Positions 9,455-19,418 of a stretch of 29,340 bases of DNA are shown here, piece after piece (position 1 is the first letter of the stretch; every line of letters begins with the position of its first letter). Origin of the DNA: a virus; IMG/VR virus record IMGVR_UViG_3300033688_000038, positions 1-29,340 of that record. One strand, given 5' to 3'. The notes beneath the pieces are model-generated. The model was not told the DNA's origin, ran no database searches, and was given only the letters and a program-made list of their open reading frames with translations. The position numbers and the translations under genes are program-made.

Positions 9455-9745
9455 ATGCCAATTTTTAAAGTAGATTTAATTGTTTATGTAGATGGTTATG
9501 AGAAGATGATTACTCATCTTGTAGAGGCAGATATTGAAGAGAACGCTCGTTATGATGCTCTTTGTGCTGAGACTCATAATGGTCAGATGTCTTTTAGTGA
9601 ATTTATGAATGATATGGAATGGGAGGATGATTGTATGGGGTATCGTGCTTATTCTTGTAAAGAATTGAAAGGTTCTGATCAACAGCTTCAGTTTCTACGA
9701 GAGAATTTCCACATTTATAAGCGTCAGGATGAAGATTATGAATAA
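9455..9745 (+). CDS. hypothetical protein
   Basis: 96-aa ORF, AGGAG SD. Confidence 0.65.
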   Translation: MPIFKVDLIVYVDGYEKMITHLVEADIEENARYDALCAETHNGQMSFSEFMNDMEWEDDCMGYRAYSCKELKGSDQQLQFLRENFHIYKRQDEDYE

Positions 9746-10232
9746 TATAAATTTCTTTAGTATTCGCTCACATGAGCCAGAGGGTTGGACTTGTTGTGGG
9801 AGACAGCAGTGGGCTTCAGGTAATTGTTCCCTTTGTGGTCGTCCAGACCCACGTTATCAGGGGTATGGCCAATAATGGGTAGTATATATGTTGCTTTAGA
9901 TCACTCAGAGGGTGAGGCTTTTATAGTAGGTGTATGGGATGCTCGTGATTTCACTGAGGATGATGTGAAGCAGTACATTATTAGCGAGTATATCAGTGAT
10001 TGTGGGTGTGAACCCGAGTTTAGTAGTCGGGGAATTGAGATTTCTTTTGAGAGTATTAAGCATGAGGGATGATTTTGATAGCGCAAGTTGGACTTGTCCT
10101 TTTTGCCATAAAAAGAACTGGAAACAATCAGGGGTTGAGTTCTGTCATGGATGTGGTAGAGTAAATCTTAATAAAGATCCTCGTGAAGATGGAAACTACT
10201 CAGGTAGAAATTAAATAAATAAATAAATAATT

Positions 10233-10263
10233 GTGAGCTTTTAGGGCGGTTTTGTTGTATATA
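10233..10263 (+). promoter_or_regulatory. putative phage-specific (ECF-sigma-type) promoter, copy 1
   Basis: GTGAGCTTTT-N12-TTGTATATA, intergenic, preceded by a TAAA-repeat tract. Confidence 0.75.
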
Positions 10264-10311
10264 ATAGTATAGATAATAAAAACCACCATTATTAATAATT
10301 TGGAGTAACAT

Positions 10312-10983
10312 ATGTTTAAGAAGACTTTACTTGCTGCTGTATTGAGTTTAACTGCTGTTTCTGCTTTCGCAACTGAGGGTGTTGATAAATCAACCACTTG
10401 GTCTAATATCTATGTAGATGGTATCCATTCTGGTTTTAGTGATGAAACTGGTGAACATGATGTAGCTGGTCAGGTTGGTGTTGAAGGTGGTTTTGATTAT
10501 GATAAATTAAGTATGTATGGTTTCGCAGAGCATAACTTCACTGACAATGCTGAATTCTTTAAACTTAGCGGCCATTATACAGTGCTTGATACTAATGTGA
10601 CACTATACAGTCAGGCAACACATTTTCAAGGTGAAGGTTTTGATTCACAAACAGGTGTACTTGGTTTGGGTTATAAACTAGGTGGTGATGGTTGGTCAGT
10701 TAAGCCTTTTATTGGTTATAATGTTAACTCTGATGGTAATCAAGAAGATGGTGGTGTAATGGTTGGTTGGTCTGGTTTCAAAGTCATTGGTACTGGTTTA
10801 TCAGTGTCATCTTGGCATGAAACAGTGGTTACTGATGAAATTACAGCTAATGGTGCTGTTGGTATCTGGCAAGACATCTCTCAACGTGTTTATGTAGGTG
10901 CTCACTATGCCTACCATTTCAATACACGAGGTAATGATGGTTATGGTGATGCCTTACTATTACGTATTGGTATGCATCTATAA
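10312..10983 (+). CDS. outer-membrane beta-barrel protein, probably Tsx/OmpK (nucleoside channel)-like
   Basis: Signal peptide MFKKTLLAAVLSLTAVSAFA; Gly/aromatic amphipathic strands; segments MYGF, VKPF and G.MVGW resemble OmpK/Tsx-family proteins; GGAG SD. Confidence 0.7.
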   Translation: MFKKTLLAAVLSLTAVSAFATEGVDKSTTWSNIYVDGIHSGFSDETGEHDVAGQVGVEGGFDYDKLSMYGFAEHNFTDNAEFFKLSGHYTVLDTNVTLYSQATHFQGEGFDSQTGVLGLGYKLGGDGWSVKPFIGYNVNSDGNQEDGGVMVGWSGFKVIGTGLSVSSWHETVVTDEITANGAVGIWQDISQRVYVGAHYAYHFNTRGNDGYGDALLLRIGMHL

Positions 10984-10991
10984 TAGATAAT

Positions 10992-11014
10992 GGGCGGCCT
11001 TAGGGTCGCCTTTT
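10992..11014 (+). terminator. intrinsic terminator
   Basis: GGCGGCC-TTAG-GGTCGCC followed by TTTT. Confidence 0.85.
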
Positions 11015-11029
11015 CTGTAGGTATTGATT

Positions 11030-11314
11030 ATGAAATGTCCAAAATGTTATAGTGAAATGAAAGTAAGAAATGGAAGATTTGGTGATTTTTACTTCTGTCC
11101 TAAACAATATAGTGGTTGTAAGCAACCCACAATAACTAAGAATCCAAAACGAAGTGAGGCTTCATTAATACTAAGGTCACTAAACTATACACCTGTTTAT
11201 CAAGAATATCGGACCCCAACACCTCCACAACGAATAAGGTCGTGTGCGTGTGGTCAGAATTTGTTTGGTATTGGTATTGATTATTGTAAAGCATGTGGTC
11301 ATTGTGCATCATAA
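11030..11314 (+). CDS. topoisomerase-type C4 zinc-finger protein
   Basis: CPKC...M..RNGRFG.F..C......C motif plus a second CAC..CxxC cluster. Confidence 0.75.
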   Translation: MKCPKCYSEMKVRNGRFGDFYFCPKQYSGCKQPTITKNPKRSEASLILRSLNYTPVYQEYRTPTPPQRIRSCACGQNLFGIGIDYCKACGHCAS

Positions 11315-11537
11315 AGGACTACTATGAACAACCTTGATTGGTGGCAAAGAGAGGCGCTGTATCGGCATATAAGTAGTGTAGTTCATGGGCCTATAATTAG
11401 GTTGCCTCAATACAGAGTAAAGGCTAATAAAGTATCTTGGAAGGCTAAGGTTAGATATTCTGATCAGTATGAAGATACATCTGGTTCTGTACTTTTAAAA
11501 GATTTACACAAACACAACCCATATTAGGAGATTTTGA

Positions 11538-11672
11538 ATGAGTTATAATCAGTTTGATAATAGTTGGCGTCCTGAGCCTGGTAAATATGTTGGAGCTAAA
11601 GATCCTGAAGATGATGGTCTATGTAAATACTGTGGAGCTGAATGGGGCTACAGCAGTTGCCCTTACTGTTAA
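11538..11672 (+). CDS. zinc-finger microprotein (44 aa; not in ORF track)
   Basis: AGGAG SD; CKYC...CPYC. Confidence 0.55.
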   Translation: MSYNQFDNSWRPEPGKYVGAKDPEDDGLCKYCGAEWGYSSCPYC

Positions 11673-11841
11673 TTAGAGAAGAGTATGACTGAAGAAGATT
11701 TAAAACTATACAGTGATTTTCAACAAGAGAATTATTCTAAGAACATCCAAGTATTTATTGACATGGATAAGTTTGATATCCCAGAAAATACATTGACTCT
11801 AAAAGAACTTCAAAAGAAGTATGCCAAATATAGGATTAATT

Positions 11842-12258
11842 ATGCTAAAGTTTAATGAGACAAAAGTTACTCTACTGAATACATTTGTATTAACAATTGA
11901 CGGTATGATTGGTGATGCTGATGGTACAGCCACTCTACGAAAAGAGTTCAGTGACACAGAAGAGAATCATAAAATCTTAGATGAGTTACTATCAATCATA
12001 AATAAATATGAATCAAAATATCATTACCTTGGAATCCTAGAAGATCCTGAGTTTGGTAAATTCTTCGATGAAGAATATGGATTTGATGATGAAACTGGAG
12101 ACCCTCTTCCTGGTTTTGAAAAGGGTAACCCATACTACATAGGTTGCTGGCCATGTGAACCATATGGTTGCGAGAAGTGTGAAATGGAAGGTTGGTTCCT
12201 TTCCTATCATGATGACATGGGTAGAATGTTAGGTGTTACATATGAAAAGGATGCATAA
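11842..12258 (+). CDS. hypothetical acidic protein
   Basis: AGGA SD before ATG 11842. Confidence 0.65.
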   Translation: MLKFNETKVTLLNTFVLTIDGMIGDADGTATLRKEFSDTEENHKILDELLSIINKYESKYHYLGILEDPEFGKFFDEEYGFDDETGDPLPGFEKGNPYYIGCWPCEPYGCEKCEMEGWFLSYHDDMGRMLGVTYEKDA

Positions 12259-12979
12259 ATGAATACATTTGGAGATGTTGTAAAAACAAACATGGATAGT
12301 GGATTACTTGAACACCTTTCTCAATTGGAGTTTAAATTCCAATCTTGGTATAAGAACTCTTTCACTTATACAGTATCTGTTGGAGAAGATATTTACTCAC
12401 TACACATACACCCTGAGTATAGAGACACTCTGTATGCGTCAGAAACCTTTGAAAGTTTAGAATGGTCTGAGCCTTCTTATTTTTATATCTATAAGAATAA
12501 AGAAGAATTGTTTAAATGGAGTGAATAATGCGTGACTTTGATGATATTGATAAACAAATGGATGAGCTCTTCAAAGAGCTTCTAAGTATCCCTGTTGACA
12601 CAAATCTACCAGATGCAATGGTTGGTAAGCCTTATCCTTGGAAATCTTTAGAATCAATCAAGGGTGGCATGAAGAATGGTGAATTGTCCTGTATATGTTC
12701 TGGTAGGAGTTGTTATCGATTTTGAATTACTGTACTGATTGTAAATACTGTTTAAAGTCTTTTAGTTTTGATAGTGATCCAGTTTGTATTGCCCCTGTTG
12801 TTCCTGAACAGATTGACCTAACTAATGGTAAAATTGTTGTATATAATAAATCTTGCCATTATATGAGGCACCCTGGTTATTTCTGGAATGGTGTTGGTGA
12901 ATATTGCCCTCATCATGTAGAAAAAGAAAAAACTTTATTTCAAAAACTTATTAAATTATTTAAATAAAAGGCACACACT

Positions 12980-13189
12980 ATGATTACTAATAATTACTTT
13001 ATTCGTTCTACTTTCCAAAACACCAATTCTACTCACCACAACCATGGTAAATTCTGGAACTGTGAAGAGCGTCAATATTTAATTCAAGCCATGCGTATGG
13101 GTGTTCGTCCAAGTGTAATCTGTAAAACATTAGGACGTTCTCGTAACTCAATAGCTATGAAATTAGTGGACATGGGTATTAATGGTTAG
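12980..13189 (+). CDS. small helix-turn-helix protein
   Basis: W..EE..YL......G.....I..TLGRS.NSI pattern (Myb/GcrA-like HTH). Confidence 0.6.
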   Translation: MITNNYFIRSTFQNTNSTHHNHGKFWNCEERQYLIQAMRMGVRPSVICKTLGRSRNSIAMKLVDMGING

Positions 13190-13461
13190 TAGTTCTAATT
13201 ATCATCCAATAGAAGATGAAGTTGAGTTATGGGAATCTGGTGTAATGTATGACCCTTCTGGTGAGAATACACACTATAAAGAGAGGCCATGTATTTGTTG
13301 GAAATGTGAGGATTGATTGTGACTGATTATTATCGTGATTGTAGATATTGTAGTGCTGATTGGCAGGAAGAACATGAAGATACATGTCCTCTCTATAAAA
13401 AGACAACAGGACAGACAGCGAATTTTAATAATCTAAGAAAACTACATGTGGGGTATGATTG

Positions 13462-13605
13462 ATGGGTGATTTATTAAACGAACGTAAGTGCCCTAAGTGT
13501 GGTTCAACAGATTTAACTAATATAGGTTGTGCCCCTGATGGTATACGATTAAATCTACTGTTTGATTGTAATAAATGTTATTACGGATTTGAGGCTGATT
13601 ATTAA
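13462..13605 (+). CDS. zinc-ribbon microprotein (47 aa; not in ORF track)
   Basis: CPKCGS ... CNKC; TGATG and TAATG coupling with both neighbours. Confidence 0.6.
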   Translation: MGDLLNERKCPKCGSTDLTNIGCAPDGIRLNLLFDCNKCYYGFEADY

Positions 13606-14273
13606 TGAAAACTCTTACAAATTATGCAGCAGGTACTACAGCCAATTGGAATGGTAAGAAACTTCCATATGGTTGGGTTATGGTTAAACGAAATTGCTTT
13701 CTAAACATTCATCTAATTATGAAGAAGTATGATGATCCAAATAATACTAAAGAGGCTGTAAAGCTTCTTCTTGAACGATTGGAGAGTTGATATGTTTGTA
13801 TGGATTATATATGATTACGTTGAGGAGTTAATTCTAGGTACATACAATGCTGATATATGGAAACGTCTAGATGCAGCTGATGAAGTAATGCGTATTCATG
13901 ATATTAATAATGATTATTTAAATAACTACTGTGATTTCTACCACGAGGAGGTTAAATAATATGAAGACATTTGCTATAACAAGTTATACCGATTATGGTC
14001 AAGTGATTGATATAATCAATGCTGATACTCTTGATCGGGCAAAAGAACTTACTGGTATTACTGACCTTGTTTGGCGCAACTATGACATTGAAGAGATAGA
14101 TACTAAATCAGAAGGGATTGTGTTTGTAAGTGGAGGAAGTTACTAATGAATGATTTAAAACCAATTCATACTATATTATTCTATAAGTATGGTGAGCGAC
14201 CTGAAGGTTATCTACCAATGAAAGGAGGATCTAATCCACACTACCAATACTATGTAAGTATTGAGGCTGAATA

Positions 14274-14723
14274 ATGAGTAGAGTATACATAATCTCATCA
14301 GAGGAGGCATGGAGCTTCTTTAATACAGATCACTACTGGCAAGAAAATAGAGTTGATGGTAGGACTATTGAAGATTTAGAGTTTATAATGAAAGATGGTT
14401 ATCATATTGGTTATTACCATAATGGCACCTTAGTATGTGTCACTAAAGTAGATATGATTAATAACATGGACGCAGAGGTTCATACTTATGTTAATCCTTC
14501 CTATATAAGGCTCTCAGAGGTCGCTCTAAGGGCCCACATACAGTTCCTATCCAACGACCAAGGTTATACTAGATTGTATACCACAAGCTCTAATGTGAAT
14601 AAAAGCTGCTATAATTTCTTAACAAAGAGATTAGGTTTTGAAACATACAATATAGATACAGAGTGTAATGTTACCAGGGATGGTCAACAACTTATTATAT
14701 ATAGGATGATGAAGACATTATGA
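14274..14723 (+). CDS. putative GNAT-fold acetyltransferase
   Basis: EVHTYV.P.Y and N.....F..RLGFE motif; about 150 aa. Confidence 0.55.
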   Translation: MSRVYIISSEEAWSFFNTDHYWQENRVDGRTIEDLEFIMKDGYHIGYYHNGTLVCVTKVDMINNMDAEVHTYVNPSYIRLSEVALRAHIQFLSNDQGYTRLYTTSSNVNKSCYNFLTKRLGFETYNIDTECNVTRDGQQLIIYRMMKTL

Positions 14724-14935
14724 TTGGATTTACAAACCCACTTAAAGAGCGTATTTGTGAACTAGAAGCTGAAGTAAAGAAGATCAGCATTGAAAAGGAC
14801 ATACTAGAGGTTGGATATAAACGACTTTCTATTAATGCATCTATTCCACAAAAACCAACAACACTACCACCATCTCATTATGGATATAATGATAGCGTAC
14901 CTTCTGGCTCTAATAATTAATAAGGGATTACAATT

Positions 14936-15193
14936 ATGACTGTAATAGTACGAAATATAGATGATCTTCATAACGCAATTGATTTTATTATAGAAAGCGC
15001 AGAAGATTCTATTCAAACAGAGATGTATACAGAAGAGGCTGTGGATGATATCCGAGAGAGTTCATATGGAGAGGGTCACTCTGACGGACTTGAGGAGGGG
15101 TATGATGAGGGGTATAAAGATGCTCTTACATCTATCACATTAGAGACTGCTTTAGATATGGTAATCTCTGCTGGTTACATTGTAGAGCAGTAG
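14936..15193 (+). CDS. acidic protein with GxxxG repeats
   Basis: YGEGHSDGLEEGYDEGYKD. Confidence 0.6.
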   Translation: MTVIVRNIDDLHNAIDFIIESAEDSIQTEMYTEEAVDDIRESSYGEGHSDGLEEGYDEGYKDALTSITLETALDMVISAGYIVEQ

Positions 15194-15420
15194 AGTTGTT
15201 TTTGTGTAATACATATTATACTTAGAGGAAAGTCTTGATGAATCCAGGAAAAGAGGTTAAAACTAACATAATGACATGGAGTGTTGTTATATTATGCCTA
15301 GTTATATTATATAGTTGTTAGGATTATGTATAGTGATTATGGAAATGTTATTTGTATTCTATGTGGGATTGCAGTTTTAGTAATCCTTTTTATTGGTATT
15401 TTTATAGGTTATTTATTATC

Positions 15421-16029
15421 ATGACAGATTTCTACACTGGTATTGGTAGTCGTGCGACTCCTAGTGAAGTGCTTACCCTTATGACTAAGATTGCTCTAGC
15501 TCTCAAAGAGAAAGGTGTTGTACTTCGTTCAGGAGGGGCAGCTGGGGCTGATACAGCATTTGCTAATGGTGCTGGCAATGTCTCCGAGGTATATGTACCT
15601 TGGAATGGTTTTGGTGAGGCTGGAAATAAACACTACCATGGTGAAAGTGGAGTTGTAGCCCTATCTATGATTTCAACTAAACTTAAATATAGGTGCTATG
15701 AGGTTGCTGGAGAGATACACCCTGCGTGGTTTGCCATGCGTAGAGATTATACTGGCAAGATGGTCCCTGTGCTATCTAGTGCTGTCAAGGCGCTACATGC
15801 ACGTAATGTATTACAAGTCAATGGCCTTACAGGTGATAAATCTAAATTCACTGTATATTGGACAGAGGTTGATAAGGCAGGAAACCCTAAAGGTGGTACT
15901 GCTACTGCTGTAAACCTAACCAAATCTTATAATATCCCTACTTTTAACCTATTTGTATGGGATCAATGTTTAGAGTTTAAGAAGTTTCTACAAGATAATT
16001 ATAATATTGATATGGAGATTAGATACTAA
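15421..16029 (+). CDS. DprA/Smf-like (SLOG superfamily) protein
   Basis: YTGIGSR.TP, LRSGGA.GAD.AF, HARN, GGTATAV, IP.FNL motifs; start revised to ATG 15421. Confidence 0.8.
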   Translation: MTDFYTGIGSRATPSEVLTLMTKIALALKEKGVVLRSGGAAGADTAFANGAGNVSEVYVPWNGFGEAGNKHYHGESGVVALSMISTKLKYRCYEVAGEIHPAWFAMRRDYTGKMVPVLSSAVKALHARNVLQVNGLTGDKSKFTVYWTEVDKAGNPKGGTATAVNLTKSYNIPTFNLFVWDQCLEFKKFLQDNYNIDMEIRY

Positions 16030-16273
16030 TGAAAGATTATACTGTTAAATTAAAGAATGGTTATTCTCATGGATTCAAAGCAGCACGTATGATACAGTGG
16101 AATGGTTTACTTACTTGGGTAGATAAAGATTCTAATTCAGTATTCTTTTGTTGTCCTAGTCAATTTGAATCTTGTTCAGTAGGAGATAAAGTAACTACTT
16201 CTTTACCTTTTTAACTCTTATTACAGTGGATATAAAGAAATATACAATTATTTTAACTTATTTTAATAAATAA

Positions 16274-16303
16274 GTGAGCTTTTTCCGAAAATTATTGTAT
16301 ATA
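16274..16303 (+). promoter_or_regulatory. putative phage-specific (ECF-sigma-type) promoter, copy 2
   Basis: GTGAGCTTTT-N11-TTGTATATA, intergenic, A/T-rich upstream. Confidence 0.75.
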
Positions 16304-16442
16304 TAAGTATATAAGAAATACTGCTTAAGAAGAGATGTTAAATAAAGAGATTAAATAATCTTTATAAGAAGTACTTCTAAGAAGTATTTCTCTAGTAAAA
16401 AACAATTGATTAAATAATTATTAAATAAGTGAGATTAAAAAT

Positions 16443-17183
16443 ATGACTACAACTACATACGCTATCCCAACTACTCGTTCTCCTTCTGCTAACGCTATCA
16501 AATATGATGCATTAGAGTGTGATGTTTATGAGGCTCGTATTGTTCGTTTCATCGGACTGGGTGTTCAAGAGCAACGTGCTTATCAAGGTCAAGCAAAAGA
16601 TCCTGCGTTTAAGTGTTCTGTTCAATTTGAATTAATTGGTGTGGATGCTACAGGTACTAAAGCTGATGGTACTGCCATTGAGCCTCGTCCTGCATGTGTG
16701 TTCCAAGATTACTTTCTATTCCCTGGTGCTAAACGAGGTGGTGTATTCGACCTTTGTTCTGCTGTTGATCCAAGTATTGTTGCTGCTCCTCGTGATTTGA
16801 ATTGGTTTATTAACAATTTAGGTGCTCCTATTATGGTTCAGGTTGGTTCTTACCAAACTCGTGATGGTGTTACTAAGAATACTGTTTCTGCTGTTCAGCC
16901 TATGAGCTCTCGAACTGCTGCTCGTCTTGATGCTGCTCGTTCTGATTTTGTTGGTTTTATTCCTTATGCTGATGATGAAGCTAATGCAGCTTCTTATGAG
17001 AAGATGTTTAAATTCCAGCGTGATATGCTAATGGATGCTAAAGATGTAGCTCACATCCCTTATGCTGGTCGTGAGGTTATCTTTAACAAAGAAGGTTCTG
17101 CTCCAACTGCTCCACGTGTACAACCACAAGCTACAGCCCCACAACAAGGTGGTGTTGATTTTGATGATGATGTACCATTTTAA
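16443..17183 (+). CDS. phage single-stranded DNA-binding protein (putative)
   Basis: Acidic tail DFDDDVPF after a P/Q/A linker; Y.ARIV..I.LGVQ.Q..YQG N-terminus; strong codon bias; next to replication genes. Confidence 0.75.
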   Translation: MTTTTYAIPTTRSPSANAIKYDALECDVYEARIVRFIGLGVQEQRAYQGQAKDPAFKCSVQFELIGVDATGTKADGTAIEPRPACVFQDYFLFPGAKRGGVFDLCSAVDPSIVAAPRDLNWFINNLGAPIMVQVGSYQTRDGVTKNTVSAVQPMSSRTAARLDAARSDFVGFIPYADDEANAASYEKMFKFQRDMLMDAKDVAHIPYAGREVIFNKEGSAPTAPRVQPQATAPQQGGVDFDDDVPF

Positions 17184-17210
17184 TAGATGATTAAAGTCTA
17201 GGATATACTT

Positions 17211-17237
17211 AGCCCATCAAGGATGGTGGGCTTCTTT
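17211..17237 (+). terminator. intrinsic terminator between SSB and sigma genes
   Basis: AGCCCATCA-AGGA-TGGTGGGCT followed by TCTTT. Confidence 0.7.
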
Positions 17238-17254
17238 ATAATAATGGATTTATT

Positions 17255-17842
17255 ATGTCTAAAGATAACAAGAAGTATAGGGGTTTTTCTTACTCTATTA
17301 AAACTCCAACTAAAAAACATTATGTATATTCAGAGCTGTATGCTGAGTACTACCCACAAGTTTACCGTATGGCAATGAAATATTCAGACACCATACAAGA
17401 TGCAGAAGATGTTACCCAAGAGATTTTTATGAGGTTACTGATTAATTGGAATAGGTTAGATTTTAGAAATCTAGCTAAATGTATTTCAATTACATCACAA
17501 CAAACACATAGCAATTGGTTTAAGTATTACGTAAAGCGTGGTGCTGATGTTTACTCCTATGATGATTTGTTCTTACCTGATGCTGATTGGAATCATCCAA
17601 CTTCAGATTTTGGAGACCCATATCAAGAAATGATCAATAGTAATTTATTAGGTTGTTTTGAAGATAAATTTCGTATATTAAAAGATGATGATAAGAGATT
17701 ACTTAATCTTATATATGGAGAGGGTTATACAATTGTAGAAGCTTCAGAAGTACTTGAGATATCAAAAACTGCTGCTGAAAACAGGGTATGGCGAGCTAAA
17801 CAATTAATGGAAACTTGTTATAAGAGGGAAGATTTTCTATAG
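17255..17842 (+). CDS. ECF-type RNA polymerase sigma factor
   Basis: Region 2 YPQVYRMA....QDAEDVTQEIF; region 4 HTH EGYTIVEASEVLEISKTAAENRVWRAK; 195 aa, no region 3. Confidence 0.88.
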   Translation: MSKDNKKYRGFSYSIKTPTKKHYVYSELYAEYYPQVYRMAMKYSDTIQDAEDVTQEIFMRLLINWNRLDFRNLAKCISITSQQTHSNWFKYYVKRGADVYSYDDLFLPDADWNHPTSDFGDPYQEMINSNLLGCFEDKFRILKDDDKRLLNLIYGEGYTIVEASEVLEISKTAAENRVWRAKQLMETCYKREDFL

Positions 17843-17850
17843 GGGGTGGT

Positions 17851-18066
17851 ATGGATGTTATTTACCAAGGTGATATGTACAATGTGCTTGCTGTTAAAAA
17901 GGCAAACAAGTATATAATTGTCAATAAGGTAACTGGGATTATAGAAGGCGAAGAGACTAAGATGCCAACAGCCATTGGAATGGCTAAAGCGTTACAGGGT
18001 GCTTTGCTTAAGATCATCAAGGAAGATGAGAATGAGAGAGACACTAAAGCGCAAGGTATTAATTGA
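17851..18066 (+). CDS. hypothetical protein
   Basis: 71-aa ORF, GGGGG SD. Confidence 0.6.
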   Translation: MDVIYQGDMYNVLAVKKANKYIIVNKVTGIIEGEETKMPTAIGMAKALQGALLKIIKEDENERDTKAQGIN

Positions 18067-19018
18067 TGCAGATATTTTTCGATATCAAGTAGGTGCTGTT
18101 AATATGAAGCATCCTTTTTTAGAGGATGAATTTATACCTGCTTCTATTGAATATATTCACAAGCTAGTAGATGATTTAATTAAAAATACGATTACAGCAT
18201 GTGGAGCAACAGACTATGTGTGTGTATTATCAGGAAAAGGTAATTTCCGAGACGATATTGCTAAACAAGCTGTATACAAAGGAAATCGAAACCCTAATCT
18301 TACTAGACCATTCCACTTCAAAACAGTGGAAGATCACATCAAGGAGTCGCATCCTTATTTTGAGACTTCTGGCATTGAAGCTGATGACTGGCTGGGTACA
18401 CAACAGTATGAGGATTGGAAAGAAACAACTTTCAATGAACTCACTAAAATATATGGAGAAACTAATCCAAGCAAATTAGCAACGATTATTGCCTCCAGAG
18501 ATAAAGATTTACGAACAGTACAAGGGTGGCACTACTCATGGGCTTGTGGTAAGAAACAGCCAGAGAAACCTTTGTATTATATCTCCCCTTATGATGGTAT
18601 GCATATGTTCATGTACCAGATGTTAATTGGTGATAATACTGATAATATTGTTGGGTGTGGCATTCGCTCAGAAGTTAAATGGGGTTTTGTAAAGGATGAG
18701 GATGGTAATTTTATCCTTGACGAGAATGAGAAAAAGATACCAAATATGGTATTACGTCGGAAAGGTATTGGTAAATCTAAAGCTATTAAACTTTTAGATG
18801 AAGCTAATGATGTTCGTGACATGTTAGGTATTGTTACCAAAGAATATAAAGAGTTATTCCCAGATAATTATGAAGAAATCATGATTGAGAATGCTCGATT
18901 ACTATTCATTGGGCAATTAGTTGATAGTCTATTTGAGTGGTCTTGGTTAGATAAATATCTTGACATTAAGAGCCCAACTACTGTGCTACCTCCAGAGGTT
19001 TATGATGACAAAAGCTAG
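18032..19018 (+). CDS. 5'-3' exonuclease / RNase H (T7 gp6, FEN-like)
   Basis: LIDAD, NFR....YKGNR, EADD, SRDKDL, GD.TDNI.G motifs. Confidence 0.92.
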   Translation: MRETLKRKVLIDADIFRYQVGAVNMKHPFLEDEFIPASIEYIHKLVDDLIKNTITACGATDYVCVLSGKGNFRDDIAKQAVYKGNRNPNLTRPFHFKTVEDHIKESHPYFETSGIEADDWLGTQQYEDWKETTFNELTKIYGETNPSKLATIIASRDKDLRTVQGWHYSWACGKKQPEKPLYYISPYDGMHMFMYQMLIGDNTDNIVGCGIRSEVKWGFVKDEDGNFILDENEKKIPNMVLRRKGIGKSKAIKLLDEANDVRDMLGIVTKEYKELFPDNYEEIMIENARLLFIGQLVDSLFEWSWLDKYLDIKSPTTVLPPEVYDDKS

Positions 19019-19114
19019 TCTATCAAAGGAAATTGAAGAATTAAAAACTGCAGATAAGAAGCGCAAACGCGCAGCAGCATATGAAGTTTATTTAAAAAAT
19101 AAGGAATCTAAATA

Positions 19115-19348
19115 ATGGAAAATACTGAAGCTCAAGTTCAACCTCAAGTTCAAAATCTACACCCAATGGCGGAGTCAATCTTTAAGTTTGTTAATGAAGC
19201 AATTACCATTGAAGAGGCTAAAGCACGAACTCAGCTTATCTCAGGTGTTGTGACTGACTTGACAAAAGGTATTGAGGATTTTGAACACCAAGCTACTGCA
19301 ACAGATGAATCTGGTAACGCAGTAGAGATTGAAGATTTCACAGAGTGA
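19115..19348 (+). CDS. hypothetical acidic protein
   Basis: AAGGA SD; followed by a terminator. Confidence 0.65.
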   Translation: MENTEAQVQPQVQNLHPMAESIFKFVNEAITIEEAKARTQLISGVVTDLTKGIEDFEHQATATDESGNAVEIEDFTE

Positions 19349-19358
19349 TTTAAAAACT

Positions 19359-19382
19359 AGACCCTTTAATTAGGGTCTTTTT
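19359..19382 (+). terminator. intrinsic terminator
   Basis: AGACCCT-TTAATT-AGGGTCT followed by TTTT. Confidence 0.8.
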
Positions 19383-19418
19383 ATCTCTAAAATACTTGTT
19401 TTATATTAAGGGACTATT

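Noticed and set aside
10212-10230. TAAA tandem repeat as an independent repeat element
   Set aside because: Short and low-complexity; better explained as an UP-like tract of the promoter motif
15352-15420. N-terminal extension of the DprA-like ORF
   Set aside because: The region is occupied by a small hydrophobic ORF whose stop overlaps ATG 15421
9212-19264. TTGACA hexamers (e.g. about 9212, 11758, 12595, 18960, 19259) as sigma70 promoters
   Set aside because: They lie within ORFs and lack a properly spaced TATAAT-like -10
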